DNA of 64,000 bases from contig NC_092374.1 in NCBI RefSeq assembly GCF_030028105.1, positions 180,127,487 through 180,191,486 on the forward strand, read 5' to 3'. This DNA is from Mobula birostris. Lineage: Eukaryota. Positions 13,301 to 26,400 of the stretch are shown in pieces. The notes below the pieces were generated by a model. The model had not been told where the DNA came from and did no database searches. It saw only the letters and a list, made by a program, of their open reading frames with translations. The position numbers and the translations under genes are program-made. How positions within the stretch are numbered: the stretch's first letter is position 1; every line of letters begins with the position of its first letter.

Positions 13301-16300
13301 AAGATATTGGCTATGTAATCTAGGTAAACCTCTCCCACATCCTCTCTGGTGTCTCCATGTTCTTCCTATAATGAGACAACCAGAACTGAGTACAATACTC
13401 CAGATGCAGCCTGACCACATTTTTATAAAACTACAATGTAACTTCCTGAATCTTCAATTGAAGTAGTGAAAAAAACATTTGCTAAAGTGACACTGAGGGG
13501 AGAGAGATAGAGTTAAGAGTCTAAGAACATGGCAGCACCACCGAGAATGGGCTGTGAAAGAGGTGGTTCGTTGAGGAGTCGGGTAGTACTGGGAATGAAG
13601 GTGTTCTGGATTCACGGAGTCAGGAAGTGGTACAGCATATAACAGGCCCTTCAGCTCACCTCTCTCCTATCTACAATGATCAGTGCACAGCAGCAGCATA
13701 GTGCAAAGCTAATGAAGTCAAGGTCCTGAATGAAGGATGTTGCCATTTTGAGGCACTGCTTTTTTAAGGTGTCCTGGATCCTGTGGAGACCATGTGCCCG
13801 TGATGGAGCTGGCTGAGTTTACAACCTTTTGCAGCTTTTTCTGATCCTGTGCAGTGGTCCCTCCATACCAGATAGTGATGTAACCAGGTAGAATGCTCTT
13901 CACGGTACATCTGTAGAGATTTGCGAGTGCCTTTGCTGATATAGCCATTCTCCTCAAACTCCTCATGAAACATGGCCAGTGTCGTGCCTTCTTTGTAATT
14001 ACATCAGTATGTTGGCCCCAGGACAAATCCCCGGAGATGTTGACACGCAGGAAGTTGAAACTGCTCACCCTTTCCACTTCTGATCCCTCAACGAGGACTA
14101 GTGTGTGTTCCCTCCACTTCCCCTTCCTGAAGTCTATAATCAATTCCTTGGTCTTACGGACATCGAGTGCAAGTTTATTGTGACACCACTCAACCAGCTG
14201 ATCTGGTGTACGCCTCCTCATCACCATCTGAAATTTTACCAACACTACTTGTGTGGTCAGCAAATTTACTGATGTGGTTTGGGCTGTGCCTACGCAGACA
14301 GTGGTGTGTGTAGATTGATTAGAGCAGTGGGCTAAGCATGCATCCTTGGGATCCGCCAGCGTTGATTGTCAGCGAGGACGAGATGTTGTTTCCACACTGC
14401 ACTGGCTGTGTTCTCACAGTGAGGAAGTCAGGGATCCAGCGGCAGAGGGAGGTACAGAGATCCAGGTTCTGGAGATTGTTTATAGAAGCGAGGCAGGGCC
14501 CAGATGGTGGGGCCCCTGATGATAGATGTTGCCACTTTGGGGCAGCACCAGACGTAGAATGCTGCAGATAGTGGGGAGGGCAGACACCACTAATCTTTTC
14601 TTCCCCCTTTCCAAAGGAAAGTGACTAAAGCATCACATCATTGGAATACTACAGTATTTTACAATTCTCTCTGTTTACAAATGATGGATTCAAATTAGAA
14701 CACCGTCAATTCTATCCAGACTGCACTCAAACTCCTGTGGTGCCCAGCAGTACTGGAAAGCCTCCATTTGTACTTGGGACTTTCCCCCTTCGCCATGGAA
14801 CACATGGGGAGATCATTTCTCTCTGCAGCTTCTTACGCTCAAATGTTGGGTACAGGTTGAATCGAGGCGGCAGACTTCATACCCCAGAGTGTATCAGAGC
14901 AACAGAACCCAATGTCTGGATGATGAATTAAGTGTTGGGCCAGATTGAAAAGGTCAGGATATTGGGGCCTGGGGTGTGGGTCGGGTTGATTCAGCCCACG
15001 TCTCCGTAAAGGTTATTCAGCTTTGCGTGCAACTGCGGTCTGTGGATGGACTTTCTTTTGTAGACTCCTGTTCTGGTCGGTATTTGCTAATCATTGTTTG
15101 CACGATTTGTTTTTGTTTTGCTCTCTGCACATGGAGTGTTCGACGGTCTTCTTTTAATGGGTTCTTTTGGGTTTCTTTCTTTTGTGGCTGCCTCGAGATA
15201 AATCTCAAAGATGTATAATTTATATATACTTTGATAATGAACTTTGAACTTTGAAATTGCCATACCGGACCAAGATACAGCCCGTCAGGACACCTTCAAC
15301 AGGATGTCTGTGGAAGTACAAGTATGCAAGATTGTTTGATGTCATTTCTAGTAAACGAGTGTAAAGAAATAATTGTTACTCCAGATCCGATGCAGCACAA
15401 AAAACACATACACAATAAGGTAAAGAATACTAATTAAAAAAACACAATAAATATAAGTACATAAGTTAGCTTGTGTACAAAGATTGATTTTATGTACATA
15501 AAATGACCATAAGATACAGGAGCAGAATTAGGCCATTTGATCCATCAAGTCTACTCCGACATTTCATCACGGCTGATCCATTTTTCCTTTCAGCCCCAAT
15601 CTCCAGCCTTCAACCCATATCACCCATGCCCTGACTAACCAACGACATTAGGAACATGAGCGTCTTCACATGAGTTGACTCTGACAGGAAATGATAAATT
15701 AGTAGTGGTGGGTGTGGTGTGGAATCTGAAGGAGAGCAAAGAGGAATATTACAATAATGGAAGAGATAGATTCAAGGGTTTGAGGACATGGCAACACCAT
15801 GAGGAAGGGGCTGTAGCCAATGTCTGATTCTGTTCACATGCCCGGTGAAGGTTGGACAGCCTCACTGGCCACGCGGTCACGGGTCAGTGCTGTACTGCAA
15901 TCCGATTGGGTGACCGTAGTCTCTGTGAGTTCAAGGTATCCTGTAACCAAGCTGACCTGGCTCTCTCCTTTCCAGACAATGACAACATTCAAAAGAATGA
16001 CGTCAGAGCTTTCATCAACCGGAAGTCTTGCCAGCTGCAGATAAAGAGGGACACGGAATACCTGGTGATGGGGAAAATCGGGAAAGGCATCGACGTCACT
16101 GGGAAGTAAGTTTGGATCCGGGGATATCCCATGTGGGATCGCTGCAGGAGTGTTGTAGGTTTGTGTGAGCCAGCGTTTCAGTTGGAGGGAGGGAGGTTCC
16201 CTGGGCTGACCATCCACTGTGTCCTGGTCCCGCTTCCCTGCCAGGGATATTGGCTCTGTGTCCAACCCATAATGCAGAACAGCACTCCAACTCTCCTGGG

Positions 16301-19300
16301 TAACTGGTTCATCATCGTTGCATGCACAGTAAATTGGTTTATTATTGCAACGTACCAAGCTACAGTGGAAAAAATGGAATTGCAGTCTGTGGCATCAAAT
16401 ACAACAGTGGGTAAAACCCTCTGAGTGGTACAGATGGCAAATTGTTTTATTACTGTCCCATGCAGAATGCAAAGCTTTCTTTTGACTCCCATCCATACAG
16501 ATCACTTCATCAGGTCAGGACAAGGGAGAATGAGAACGGAATAACAGAGTGACTTGATACAGTGTAGTGCAGTCAGGCAATAAAGTGCAAGGGCTATGCC
16601 ATCAGCAGTTCATCTTTGTCATTCAGGAGGTCTTTTCACTAACCTTAGAGTTGTATTGAAGTCGTCCTCCAGCCCAGTGGGATCATGTCCTCCTGCTTTT
16701 GTTTCTTCTGTGTGATGGAAGGGTGGAAAAGAGAAAATGCTCCTGGTGAGAAAAGTCCTTGATCCTGTTGGCTACTTCACCGAGGCAGTGGGAATTGTCG
16801 ACAGAGTCAATGGAACAGGGGCTGGTTTGCAAGATGGACTGGATTGCTTTAAAAGGGAGACACTTTAACACCATATTCCACATCTCTCAAGCTTTTGTAC
16901 CTGTTCCCTGATGTTTATAAGGCCAGGCCTCTATTCCAGGAATCATCTTGCTGAATCTCTCTGCACTGTTGCATCTTTCCTGGAGCCTGCTGATGCCTGT
17001 TTGCAAGCTTTTGTATCTTACCGTTCATCCCTTTGAACAATAAAACTAGACTTCTCCCCTCCCCTCCCTTGCTCTCGCTCTGCCTCTCCATCTCCCTGCA
17101 TCTCTCTATTTGCTTCTTGTAACTGTTCTTTCTTCTCTGTGCCATTGATGCCAAACATTACAGATACTGTGAAGGTGGGGTTACCACATCGAGCAAATTT
17201 TGTGTAGTTTCCAACTTCTGAACAAACATAACTTGAGGTGGGCTATGAAAACAGAACACATTCTTTACCTTTCGTATGGTTGTAAACTTTATTAGAGTTA
17301 TGGATGGATCAGCCCATCACAGAAACCAGCCTCCTCTCTACAGACTCCATCTATGCTTCTCTGCATCAGTAAAGACGCCAGCCTAATCAAAGACCCCTCC
17401 CACCCCAAACAAGCTCTCTTCTTCACCTCTCATTGGGCAGAAGATATCAAAGCCTGAAAGCACATCCTTCTTCTTCGGTTGTCCATCGAAATCCGATGAC
17501 GACGTCCATTCCTTTAACGAGGAGATCTTTGATGGCTATACAGTCCTATCCTGGACCCACAAGCTCTATTACAGGTGGGACATGTGTATGTGGTAGTGGT
17601 GGCAACCATGGCTGCATTTCTCCTGGCTCCCTTCTGCTATCTTCTGGTTGTTCTTTCCATCTCCAGAATATGAACCCTGTCCCTACACAGCTGTCGCCAA
17701 GTGGTACGGTCAGCAGCAACATCCTCCAGGTCCTCGGGTCTGATCTTGCACTTCCTTAAAGCATTCTTCATCTGATCCTTAGAGCGCTTCTTTGGCCCTC
17801 CAGCTGAGCGTCAACCATGATATAGCTGTCCATATAACACTCTGCGGGGTAGCCGACATGGGGGCATCCTTATCATGTGCCCCAGCCGCTGCAGCTGACG
17901 CTGGGTGATCGTGGCCTCAATACTCCTGCAGTTGGTCTTTACAAGTATTTCAGTGTGAGGCATCCGCTCACGCCAGGTAGTTCCCAGGATGCGCTGGAGG
18001 CAGCTTATGTGGAAGCGCTCCAAGGACTTGATGCGACGGCTGTAGGTTACCCAAGCTTCACAGCTATAAAGGAGAGTGGTGACACAGACCGCTTGGTATA
18101 CGGCGACCTTTGTGGAGGGACAAAGGCTCCCGTTCTGAAAGGCTCTACGCTGAAGTCTCCCAAAGGCAGCTGATGCCTGTTTAATGCGGCTCTGGATGTC
18201 GTTGTCAACGCCGCTATCCTCAGAGAGAATGCTCCCCAGGTATTTGAGCAGTGGGTGTGGCAGTGGACGTCAGATTAGATGGCAACCTCTTTGACATCAG
18301 GAGGCTCCACGCAACCACCAAACTCCGTAGAGAGCAGGTCCTGGAGCTGCAGTATGCAGACGACTGTGTTCTTGTGGCCCATACTCCGGAGGATCTTCAG
18401 ACTGTCCTTGCTGTGGCGGTGAGAGCGTACAGCAGGATGGGGCTGACTGTCAATACCACCAAGACAGAAGTGGTTTGCCAATGGAGTACCAGTGTCCGAC
18501 CCACTCTACCTGCCTTCACTGTTGGTGATGAAAAGCTGTCAGAGGTGCCATCTTTCAAAGAAAGCACATAACACCAGGCTCAAGGACAGCTTCTACCCCA
18601 TTGATATAAGACTATTGAACAGACCTCCTGAATACGAATCAGGTTTATTATCACCAGCATGTGTGTGAAATGTGTTAACTTAGCAGCAGCTGTTCAATGC
18701 AATACATAAAAGTGAAGAAAAAAATAATAAATAAATAGGCCTTTGATAAGGTCCCACACGGAAGGTTAGTTAGGAAGGTTCAATCGTTAGGTACTAATAT
18801 TGAAGTAGTAAAATGGATTCAGCAGTGGCTGGATGGGAGACACCAGAGAGTAGTGGTGGATAATTGTGTGTCAGATTGGAGGCCGGTGACTAGTGGTGTG
18901 CCTCAGGGATCTGTACTGGGTCCAATGTTGTTTGTCATATACATTAATGATCTGGATGATGGGGTGGTAAATTGGATGAGTAAGTATGCAGGTGATACTA
19001 AAATAGATGGAGTTGTGGATAATGAAGTAGGTTTTCAAAGCTTGCAGAGAGATTTAGGCCAGTTAGAAGAGTGGGCTGAAAGATGGCAGATGGAGTTTAA
19101 TGCTGATAAATGTGAGGTGCTACACTTTGGTAGGACTAATAAAAATAAGACATAGATGGTAAATGGTAGGGCATTGAAGAATGCTGTAGAACACAGGGTT
19201 CTAGGAATAATGGTGCATAGTTCCCTGAAGGTGGAACGTCATGAAAGCTTTGAAGCTTTCATGGTGAAGAAAGCTTTTGGTATGCTGCCCTTTATTAATC

Positions 19301-22300
19301 AGAGCATTGAGTATAGGAGATGGGATGTAATGTTGAAATTGTACAAGGCATTGGTGAAGCCAAATTTGGAGTATTGTGTACAGTTTTGGTCACCGAATTA
19401 TAGGAAAGATGTCAACAAAATAGAGAGAGTACAGAGAAGATTTACTAGAATGTTACCTGGGTTTCATCACCTAAGTTGCAGAAAAAGGTTGAACAAGTTG
19501 GGTCTTTATTCTTTGGAACGTAGAAGGTTGAGGGGGGACTTGATAGAGGTATTTAAAATTATGAGGGGGATAGATAGAGTTGACGTGGATAGGCTTTTTC
19601 CATTGAGAGTGGGGGAGATTCAAACAAGAGGATATGGGTTGAGAGTTAAAGGGCAAAAGTTTAGGGGTAACATGAGGGGGAACTTCTTTACTCAGAGTGG
19701 TGGCTGTGTGGAACAAGCTTCCAGCAGAAGTGGTTGATGTAGGTTCGATGTTGTCGTTTAAAGTTAAATTGGACAGGTATATGGACAGAAAAGGAATGGA
19801 GGGTTATGGGCTGAGTGCAGGTCAGTGGGACTAGGTGAGAGTAAGAGTTCGGCACGGACTAGAAGGGCCGAGATGGCCTGTTTCCATGCTGTAATTGTTA
19901 TATGGTTATATGGTTAAATAATTTCTTTCAAAAATTCATTCTGAGAACATCTCCAGTTATCTCCGGTTCGCTTTCAGTTCCTCGTGCTGGTGTGGGCAGG
20001 AACAGGGAGTTAGGGCCCTGAATGTGTGGCTGATGAGGAGCTGGTGTGGGAAGCAGGGATTTAGATTCTTAGACCACTGGGATCTGTTTTGTGGTATGTT
20101 TGAATTGTACAGAAGGGACAGGTTGCACCTTAACAGGTGGGGGACCAGCATTCTGGCAGGCAGGTTTGCCACTGGTACACGGGTGTGTTTAAAATAAGTA
20201 GGGGGGAGGGTAGTGGGGGTGGGGAAGGAGAGGAAATGTAAGGATGGAGTTAAAGGGAAAGAGAGAATAAGGAAAGTTAAGAAAGACAACAGAATTAACG
20301 GGGCAGAAAGCTTAGGAAGGGATCAGAGAGTATGGCAATAGGAATCGATGTGAAAGGTGTGGGGAGTAATGGATTAAAAGTATTATATATGAATGCACGA
20401 TATATAAGAAATAAAGTGGATGAACTTGAGGCTCAGTTGGAAATTGGCAAGTATGATGTTGTAGGAATAACAGAGACATAGCTGCAAGAGGACCAGGGCT
20501 GGGAAATAAATATTCAAGGGTATACGTCCTATCAGAAGGACAGACAGGTGGGCAGAGAGGGTGGGGTGGCTCTGTTGGTGAGGAATGAAATTCAGTCCCT
20601 TGCGAGGAGGATGTAGAGTCAGTATGGATAGAACTGAGAAACTGTAAGGGCAAAAAGACCCTAATGGGAGTTATCTACAGGCCCCCAAACAGTAGCCTGG
20701 TTATAGGGTGCAAGTTGAATCAAGAGTTAAAATTGGCATGTCACAAAGGTAACTCTACGGTTGTTATGGGGGATTTCAACATGCAGGTAGACTGGGAAAA
20801 TCAGGTTGGTACTGGACCCCAAGAAAGGGAGTTTGTGGAGTGCCTCCGAGATGGATTCTTAGAACAGCTTGTACTGGAACCTACCAGGAAGAAGGTATTT
20901 CTGGGAATAATACAGAAGGTGCAGGATCAGTTCATTCGAAAGAGGAAGAAAGATTCTAAAGGGAGTAAGGGGCGACTGTGGCTGACAAGGGAAGTCAAGG
21001 ACAGTATCAAAATAAAAGGGAAAGTAACATAGCAAAGATGAGCAGGAAGCCAGAGGACTGGGAAACTTTTAAAGAGCAACAGAGGATAACTAAAATGGCA
21101 ATACAGAGAGAAAAGATGAGATACGAAGGTAAGCTAGCCAAGAATATAAAGGAGGATAGTAAAAGCTTCTTTAGGGATGTGAGGAGGGAAAAAATTAGTT
21201 AAGACCAAAGTTGGGCCCTTGAAGACAGAAACGGGTGAATTTATTATGGGGAACAAGGAAATGGCAGATGAGTTGAACAGGTACTTTGGATCTGTCTTCA
21301 CTAGGAAAGACGCAAACAATCTCCCAGATGTAATAGTGGCCAAAGGACCGAGGGTAACGGAGGAACTGAAGGATATTTACATCAGGCAGAAAATGGTGTT
21401 GGATAGGCTGATGGGACTAAAGGCTGATAAATCCCCAGGGCCTGATGGTCTGCACCCCAGGGTATTTAAGGAGATGGCTCTAGAAATCATGGACACATTG
21501 GTAATCATTTTCCAATGTTCTATAGATTCAGGATCAGCTCCTGAGGACTGGAGGGTAGCTTTTTAAGAAAGGAGGGAGAGAGAAAACATGGAATTATAGA
21601 CCAGTTAGCCTGACATCAGTGGTGGGTAAGATGCTGGAGTCAATTTTAAAAGATGAAATTACGGCACATTTGGATAGCGGTAACAGGATCGGTCTGAGTC
21701 AGCATGGATTTACGAAGGGGAAATCATGCTTGACTAATCTTCTGGAATTTTTTGAGAATGTAACTATGAAAATGAACAAGGGAGAGCCAGTGGATGTAGT
21801 GTACCTGAACTTTCAGAAAGCCTTTGATAAGGTCCCACATAGGAGATTAGTGGGCAAAATTAGAGCACATGGTATTGGGGGTAGGGTACTTGCATGGATA
21901 GAAATTTGGTTGGCAGACAGGGAACGAAGAGTAGGGATAACGGGTCCCTTTCAGAATGGCAGGCAGTGACAACTGGAGTACCGCAAGGCTCGGTGCTGGG
22001 ACCGCCGCTATTTACAATATACATTAATGATTTAGATGAAGGGATTAAAAGTAAAGTTAGCAAATTTGCAGATGACGCAAAGCTGGGTGGCAGTGTGAAA
22101 TGTGTGGAGGATGGTATGATAATGCTGGGTGACTTGGACAGGTTGGATGAGTGGGCAGATGCATGGCAGATGCGGTTTAATGTGGATGAATGTGAGGTTA
22201 TCCACTTTGGTGGCAAGAACAGGAAGGCAGATTGCTACTTGAATGGTGTCAAGTTAGGGAAAGGGGAAGTACAACGAGATCTAGGTGTCCTTGTTCATCA

Positions 22301-23320
22301 GTCACTGAAAGTAAGCATGCAGGTACAGCAGGTGGTGAAGAAAGCTAATGGCATGCTGGCCTTCATAACAAGGGGAGTTGAGTATAGGAGCAAAGGAGTT
22401 CTTCTGCAGTTGTACAGGGCCCTTGTGAGACCCCACCTGGAGTATTGTGTACAGGTTTGGTCTCCAAATTTGAGGAAGGACATTCTTGCTATTGAGGGAG
22501 TGCAGCATAGGTTCACAAGGTTAATTCCCAGGATGGTGGAAGATTGGAGCGACTGGGCTTGTATACACTGGAATTTAGAAGGATGAGAGGGGATCTGATT
22601 GAAACATATAAGATTATTAAGGGATTGGACACGCTAGAGGTAGGAAACATCTTCCTGATGGTTCTCGATGTCCAGAACCAGAGTCCACAGCTTGAGAATA
22701 AGGGGTAGGCCATTTAGAACGGAGTTGAGGAAAAACTCTTTCACCCAGAGAGTTGTGGATCTGTGGAATGCTCTGTCTCAGAAGGCAGAGGAGGCCAATT
22801 CCCTGGATGCTTTCAAGAACGAGATGGATAGGACTCTTAATGATAGCGGTGTCAAGGGATATGGGGAGAAGGCAGGAACGGGGTACTGATTGTGAATGAT
22901 CCGCCATGATCACAGTGAATGGCGGTGCTGGCTTGAAGGGCCGAATGGCCTTCTCCTATTATCTGTTATCTTATTACCGATTCAGAAACCTTTCTTATAT
23001 CAACTCAGTTGTGGAAGACCTGTTGAGAATACCCCTGAATGAGCTGGCAATATACCCTACAGATCAGAAACAGGCCTTGAGACACCTTAGATAAGTCCAG
23101 CATCTGTGTTTTGATTTTCGGTGTCTGCGATGCTTTGCTAATAACTGTTGCATGAAAACTTGCTGTGCCTGTCTGCAGGATGCAGTATCTTCTCAGTGAC
23201 ACCACGTGGATCGAAGCCATTCCACCAGCAGCGACGTGTAACCTTCGGACCTACAGGGAGTCCTGTCAGCACCTGAATACCTTCTTTGACAACCTGCTCA
23301 TGTACGGATGCATATTGTAA
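1304..23320 (+). CDS. C4: Complement C4, 3' part (gamma chain: MG8 C-terminal part and C345C/NTR domain); 7 coding exons, 5' exons outside the window
   Basis: Exons 1304-1378, 3618-3720, 9268-9357, 10823-10915, 12605-12691, 15976-16105 and 23179-23320 all have AG/GT boundaries and sum to 720 nt (239 aa + TAA). Motifs [46 protein letters not shown] and GCIL* match human C4 (QPASATLYDYYNP, FACYYPRVEY, QYLLDSNSWIE) better than C3 or C5. Confidence 0.9.
3618..3720 (+). CDS. C4: C4 exon ([34 protein letters not shown])
   Basis: ccccag|ATC...CCAA|gtaagt; 103 nt; A2M/complement receptor-binding-domain motif QPA-x-ATLYDFY. Confidence 0.92.
4627..5687. mobile_element. Non-autonomous PIF/Harbinger-type DNA transposon
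   Basis: Imperfect ~36-bp TIRs (ggctatgtccgcactacgccggataattttgaaaac / gttttcaaaattatctggcgtagtgtagacgtagct), flanked by CTA/TTA 3-bp TWA-like TSD. Confidence 0.75.
6095..7090 (+). mobile_element. Decayed Penelope-like retroelement fragment (GIY-YIG region plus pLTR)
   Basis: Homologous to the Penelope copy at 44862-46234 (cacttcacctg...tactgtatc, cattcccattctgacatg). Confidence 0.65.
7221..7925 (-). mobile_element. CR1 LINE 3' fragment
   Basis: [22 protein letters not shown]-terminus and (tagaaaca) tail. Confidence 0.8.
9268..9357 (+). CDS. C4: C4 exon ([30 protein letters not shown])
   Basis: tttcag|GT...GAAG|gtaagt; 90 nt; CT-x-x-Y and LC-x4-CxCAE motifs. Confidence 0.92.
9520..10065. 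repeat. Degenerate (CCTA/CCCA/CCAA)n low-complexity tract in a C4 intron
   Basis: About 540 bp of cctacccacctacccaa-type tetramers. Confidence 0.85.
10823..10915 (+). CDS. C4: C4 exon ([31 protein letters not shown])
   Basis: ccaccag|GT...TATG|gtatgt; 93 nt; not reported in frame by the ORF track; FACY-x-P-x-V-x-Y is C4-like. Confidence 0.88.
11440..11729 (-). mobile_element. tRNA-headed SINE; second copy at about 30465-30749
   Basis: On the minus strand, A box TGGCCAAGTGG and B box GTTCGAGCC, then a body shared with 30465-30749 and partly with 25300-25620. Confidence 0.7.
12605..12691 (+). CDS. C4: C4 exon ([29 protein letters not shown])
   Basis: gttcag|TC...CACG|gtgagt; 87 nt, phase 1/1, fills the expected C345C strand segment; NQT sequon. 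Confidence 0.85.
12880..13460 (-). mobile_element. Decayed CR1 LINE fragment
   Basis: [13 protein letters not shown]...LAFIGQG...LEYC CR1 RT C-terminal peptide. Confidence 0.7.
13710..14340 (-). mobile_element. Rex1/Babar- or L2-like LINE RT fragment; related copies at 28330-29400(+) and 42510-43030(+)
   Basis: LVEWC...[12 protein letters not shown]...VSSFNFL RT motif; clade assignment by recall only. Confidence 0.65.
15976..16105 (+). CDS. C4: C4 exon ([43 protein letters not shown])
   Basis: ctttccag|AC...GGGAA|gtaagt; 130 nt; C345C motif R-x-F-x5-C and EYLVMG. Confidence 0.92.
17466..18559 (-). mobile_element. RTE-clade LINE insertion with 5' inversion and 10-bp TSD
   Basis: GAAAGCACAT at 17456-17465 and 18560-18569; (GAA)n tail on the minus strand at 17466; RT segment LQYADD on the plus strand at about 18248-18559; KYLGSIL...[12 protein letters not shown] on the minus strand from 18247. 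Confidence 0.88.
18738..19917 (+). mobile_element. 5'-truncated CR1 LINE
   Basis: [35 protein letters not shown] and (ttatatgg) tail; stops and frameshifts. Confidence 0.9.
20000..22975 (+). mobile_element. Decayed CR1 LINE (end of ORF1, APE, RT, tail)
   Basis: [45 protein letters not shown] and SKFADD; multiple stops. Confidence 0.9.
23179..23320 (+). CDS. C4: C4 terminal coding exon ([47 protein letters not shown])
   Basis: gtctgcag|G ATG CAG...TTG TAA; 142 nt; YLL-x4-WIE and terminal GC motifs. Confidence 0.92.
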
Positions 23321-23390
23321 ATTCAGTCAGCAGTTGCAGTGCCTCTGGTGACAAACCTCCCACTAATAAGCAGAATGTAGTCATTGTTGC

Positions 23391-23430
23391 AATAAAACTT
23401 GTAACAAAAATAAGGTGCACTTTCAATAAA
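23391..23430 (+). terminator. Candidate C4 polyadenylation signals
   Basis: AATAAA at 23391-23396 and 23425-23430, 70-110 nt after the stop codon. Confidence 0.65.
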
Positions 23431-26400
23431 CTGCTCTGTGACATTGTCTGTCTGAAGTTTTTGCAATGGAATGGCATTGAGATGGTGACGGGAAAATGGG
23501 CTTCATCTCGTGAATTGGTAGCACAGCAGGTAGAGATTCTGCCTCAGGATGCTGGGGACCTGGGCTTGATCTCGACATCTGCCTGTGTGTGGATTTGACA
23601 TGTTCTTCCTGTGACCCTGGGCTCTCTGGTTTCCTCACAAACCCAAACACCGGCTGCTGTAAATTGTGGGTGAGTGGGAAAAACCAGGGGATGTTGATGG
23701 GAATTTGGGGAGACTAAAATGGGATTTATGCCAACAGGTGCTTGACGGTTGGTAAAGACTCAATGGACTGGAGGTCCTGTTTCCACACGGTAGGAAAATT
23801 ATGGTCACTTGGCTGTTTTCTGTGGACAGGGAACATTTGTTCTGTCTCCCTCTGTACCTACTGACACCTTTACCAGCCAAAAGTTGGTGCAAGGATGGCA
23901 AGGGGCACTCTCAGCAGGCCAGCAATAAACCACACCATCATCACACCTCACTCTTAACAGCTCAGTTATCGATCTGCAGTGCCGAGAGAGGCTCCTTTGT
24001 GCAAGTGGCTTCCCACACATTTCAATGCAGTAATGGCTTAGCTGGTGGTTTTACCTCAGCCCAGTGCCTGGGCAGGAGACCAACCAGTGACGTGGCGGGG
24101 GGGGGACGGTTGGACCAGTGACAGGGCTTCCATGTTGGAAGGACTGGTGACAGGGTGGGGCTCCTGTGGTGGACAGATGAGTGACAGGGGAACACTGTTC
24201 TGGTCGGTCTGATGATGGGGACCCCAGTGGTGGACGGACCAGTGATGGGACCAGTGTCAGAGTTCCTGTCACAGATGTAATGGACATACCCATCAAACAG
24301 AATTTCCAAAATGAGCTGCTGTCATTAACTCTCTTCTCCTCAGAATTCCAGTGACCAACTTCCACTCCAGTGGCGAGGTGCCCGGTGACACCAGTGTGGC
24401 TTCCCCAGACTCTACAGTGGGAGCTTGTTGGTCAGAGGGTGGGGATGGCGGGGGGGTGGTGGAAAGGGGCAATCTGTAAAGTAGTTTGGCCAGGAACTCA
24501 TGCTCCTCAACACATTCTCCACTTGGAATGCTCACAGACTGGGAACTCTACCGTGACTGTGTCATGGCTCGTCAAAGAGGTGTTGAGAACAGCCTTGAAT
24601 TCCCCTTAATGACTTCCCTGGAACTCTGCTGCAGAGCTTGGAGCACACACTTCCCGAGTTCGGACTTGAAAGCAATATCACAGCTATACAGGGCAATGGA
24701 AAAGGTGTTTGCCAACACGGGCCCCTATCAGTTGGGGCACCGAATGTGGGAGAAAGAAGAGACTGCGGAGGCTGGATTCTGGAGCAACACACAAGATGCC
24801 GGAGGAGCTCAGCTGGCCAGGCAGCATCTGTGGTGAGAAATGGACAGTGGATATTCCGGGTTGAGAGCCTTCATTTGGACTGAAAGAGGGAGCACAGGTA
24901 GCCGGTATAAAGAGGAGGAGAGAAGGGGTGAAATAAGAGCTGGCAGGCGATTTTCGATCCGGGCAGGAGGGCGATGGTGAGAGGCAGGTGATTCCAGGAA
25001 TGAAAAGCTCAACAATCTCACTCTGCCCCTCCCTCACTTGCCTCTTACACCTTGTAAAGGTGAAGACAAACCAGCTGGGGCATAGAGAGGTGAGCAGACA
25101 TTTTTGCAAGGTTAGGAGAACAACGAACTGTGGAGGAATAGGTTTAAGGTGAGAGGGAAGAAGTTTGAGACCCCAGGGGCAGCTTTTTCACACAGAGGGT
25201 GTTATGCATGTTGAATAAGCTGCCAGAGGAAGTGGTTGAGGCAGGTAGATTGAGGCCCTCCGTTGGTCAGGGGGTGTCGTGTCCCAGTTACCTATGTGAT
25301 ACGCTAGCCAGGGCAGTACGATATGGAGAGCGAGCTGTTGCCCATGTAGCAGGCTCCCCTTTTCCACGCGGCTGATACAGGAACCGCAGGGTCTGATACA
25401 GTTTGGCACCAGTGGTGACGCAGGAGTTGCCAGTCAGCATTAAACTCAACGTAGGACTGCCTCAGGGACTCCAGCTGCAGATTTTTCCCTCCGGGTTTAC
25501 TCCTGAAACCTTCCCCATGAGTGGGTTTAGCTGCAAGGCAGCCAAGGTTCAAGATTGGAATTTTCCTTCCAGATGAGCTGCCAACCACGGCTGACAAGCC
25601 CCAGTTGCTGAAGTGACTGGTTTGAAGACGCAAAGTAACCCACCTTTGCCCCTTCTCCCGTTGGTAGAAATGGTTCTTCCAGCCTTAGAAGCTAAACCAC
25701 ACATGAAGGCCAGGAGCTGGATGGTTGTCAGAGCCTATTTGAGATGCATGCCTTTGGGAGCGTTTAATAGAGAGTGGGAGCTTATTGCCAATACCACCCC
25801 TGCTTATAACAATCTTAAGGAACTAGCAGGCAGGTACATCATCAACATTCAAAATTATTCAACATTCAAATGGCACAGTCTCAGGATAGAGGGCTATTCA
25901 TTCAAAACAGAGATGCAGAGAAATTTCTTTAGCCAGAGGGTGGTGAATTTGTAGAATTTGTTGCTGTGTGCAGCTGTGGAGGCCAGGCCATTGGGTGTAT
26001 TTAAGGCAGAGAATGATAGGTTCGTGATTGGACATGGCATCAGAGGTTACGGGGAGAAGTCTAGGAAATGGGGTTGAGGAGGAGGAAAAAAAGTATCAGC
26101 CATGATTGAATGGTGGAGCTGACTCGATAGGCTAGATGAACTAATTCTGCTCCTATGTCTTATGGTCTTATATATCGTGGGCATAGAGAACCATGGACAC
26201 AACATGGGTAAACAGGATCACAAACAAGAGAAAATCTGCAGATGCTGGAAATCCGAGCAACACACAAAATGCTGGAGGAACTCAACAGGCCAGGCAGCAT
26301 TTATGCAAAAGAGTAAACAGTCGACGTTTCAGGCCTAAGCCTTTCCACAGGACGGAGCCTCGACTGTACTCTTTTCCATATATGCTGCCTGGCCTGCTGA

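Noticed and set aside
1304-23320. Assignment of the + strand gene to C3, C5 or A2M
   Set aside because: The 25-codon first exon, FACY..V.Y and QYLL...WIE motifs follow C4; C3 has a longer corresponding segment and KACEPGVDY, and A2M has no C345C domain. A reciprocal BLAST would finalise this.
24020-24370. Pro/Thr/Ser-rich minus-strand ORFs suggesting a mucin-like or class I tail exon
   Set aside because: No recognisable domain or convincing splice pair; looks like degenerate short repeats.
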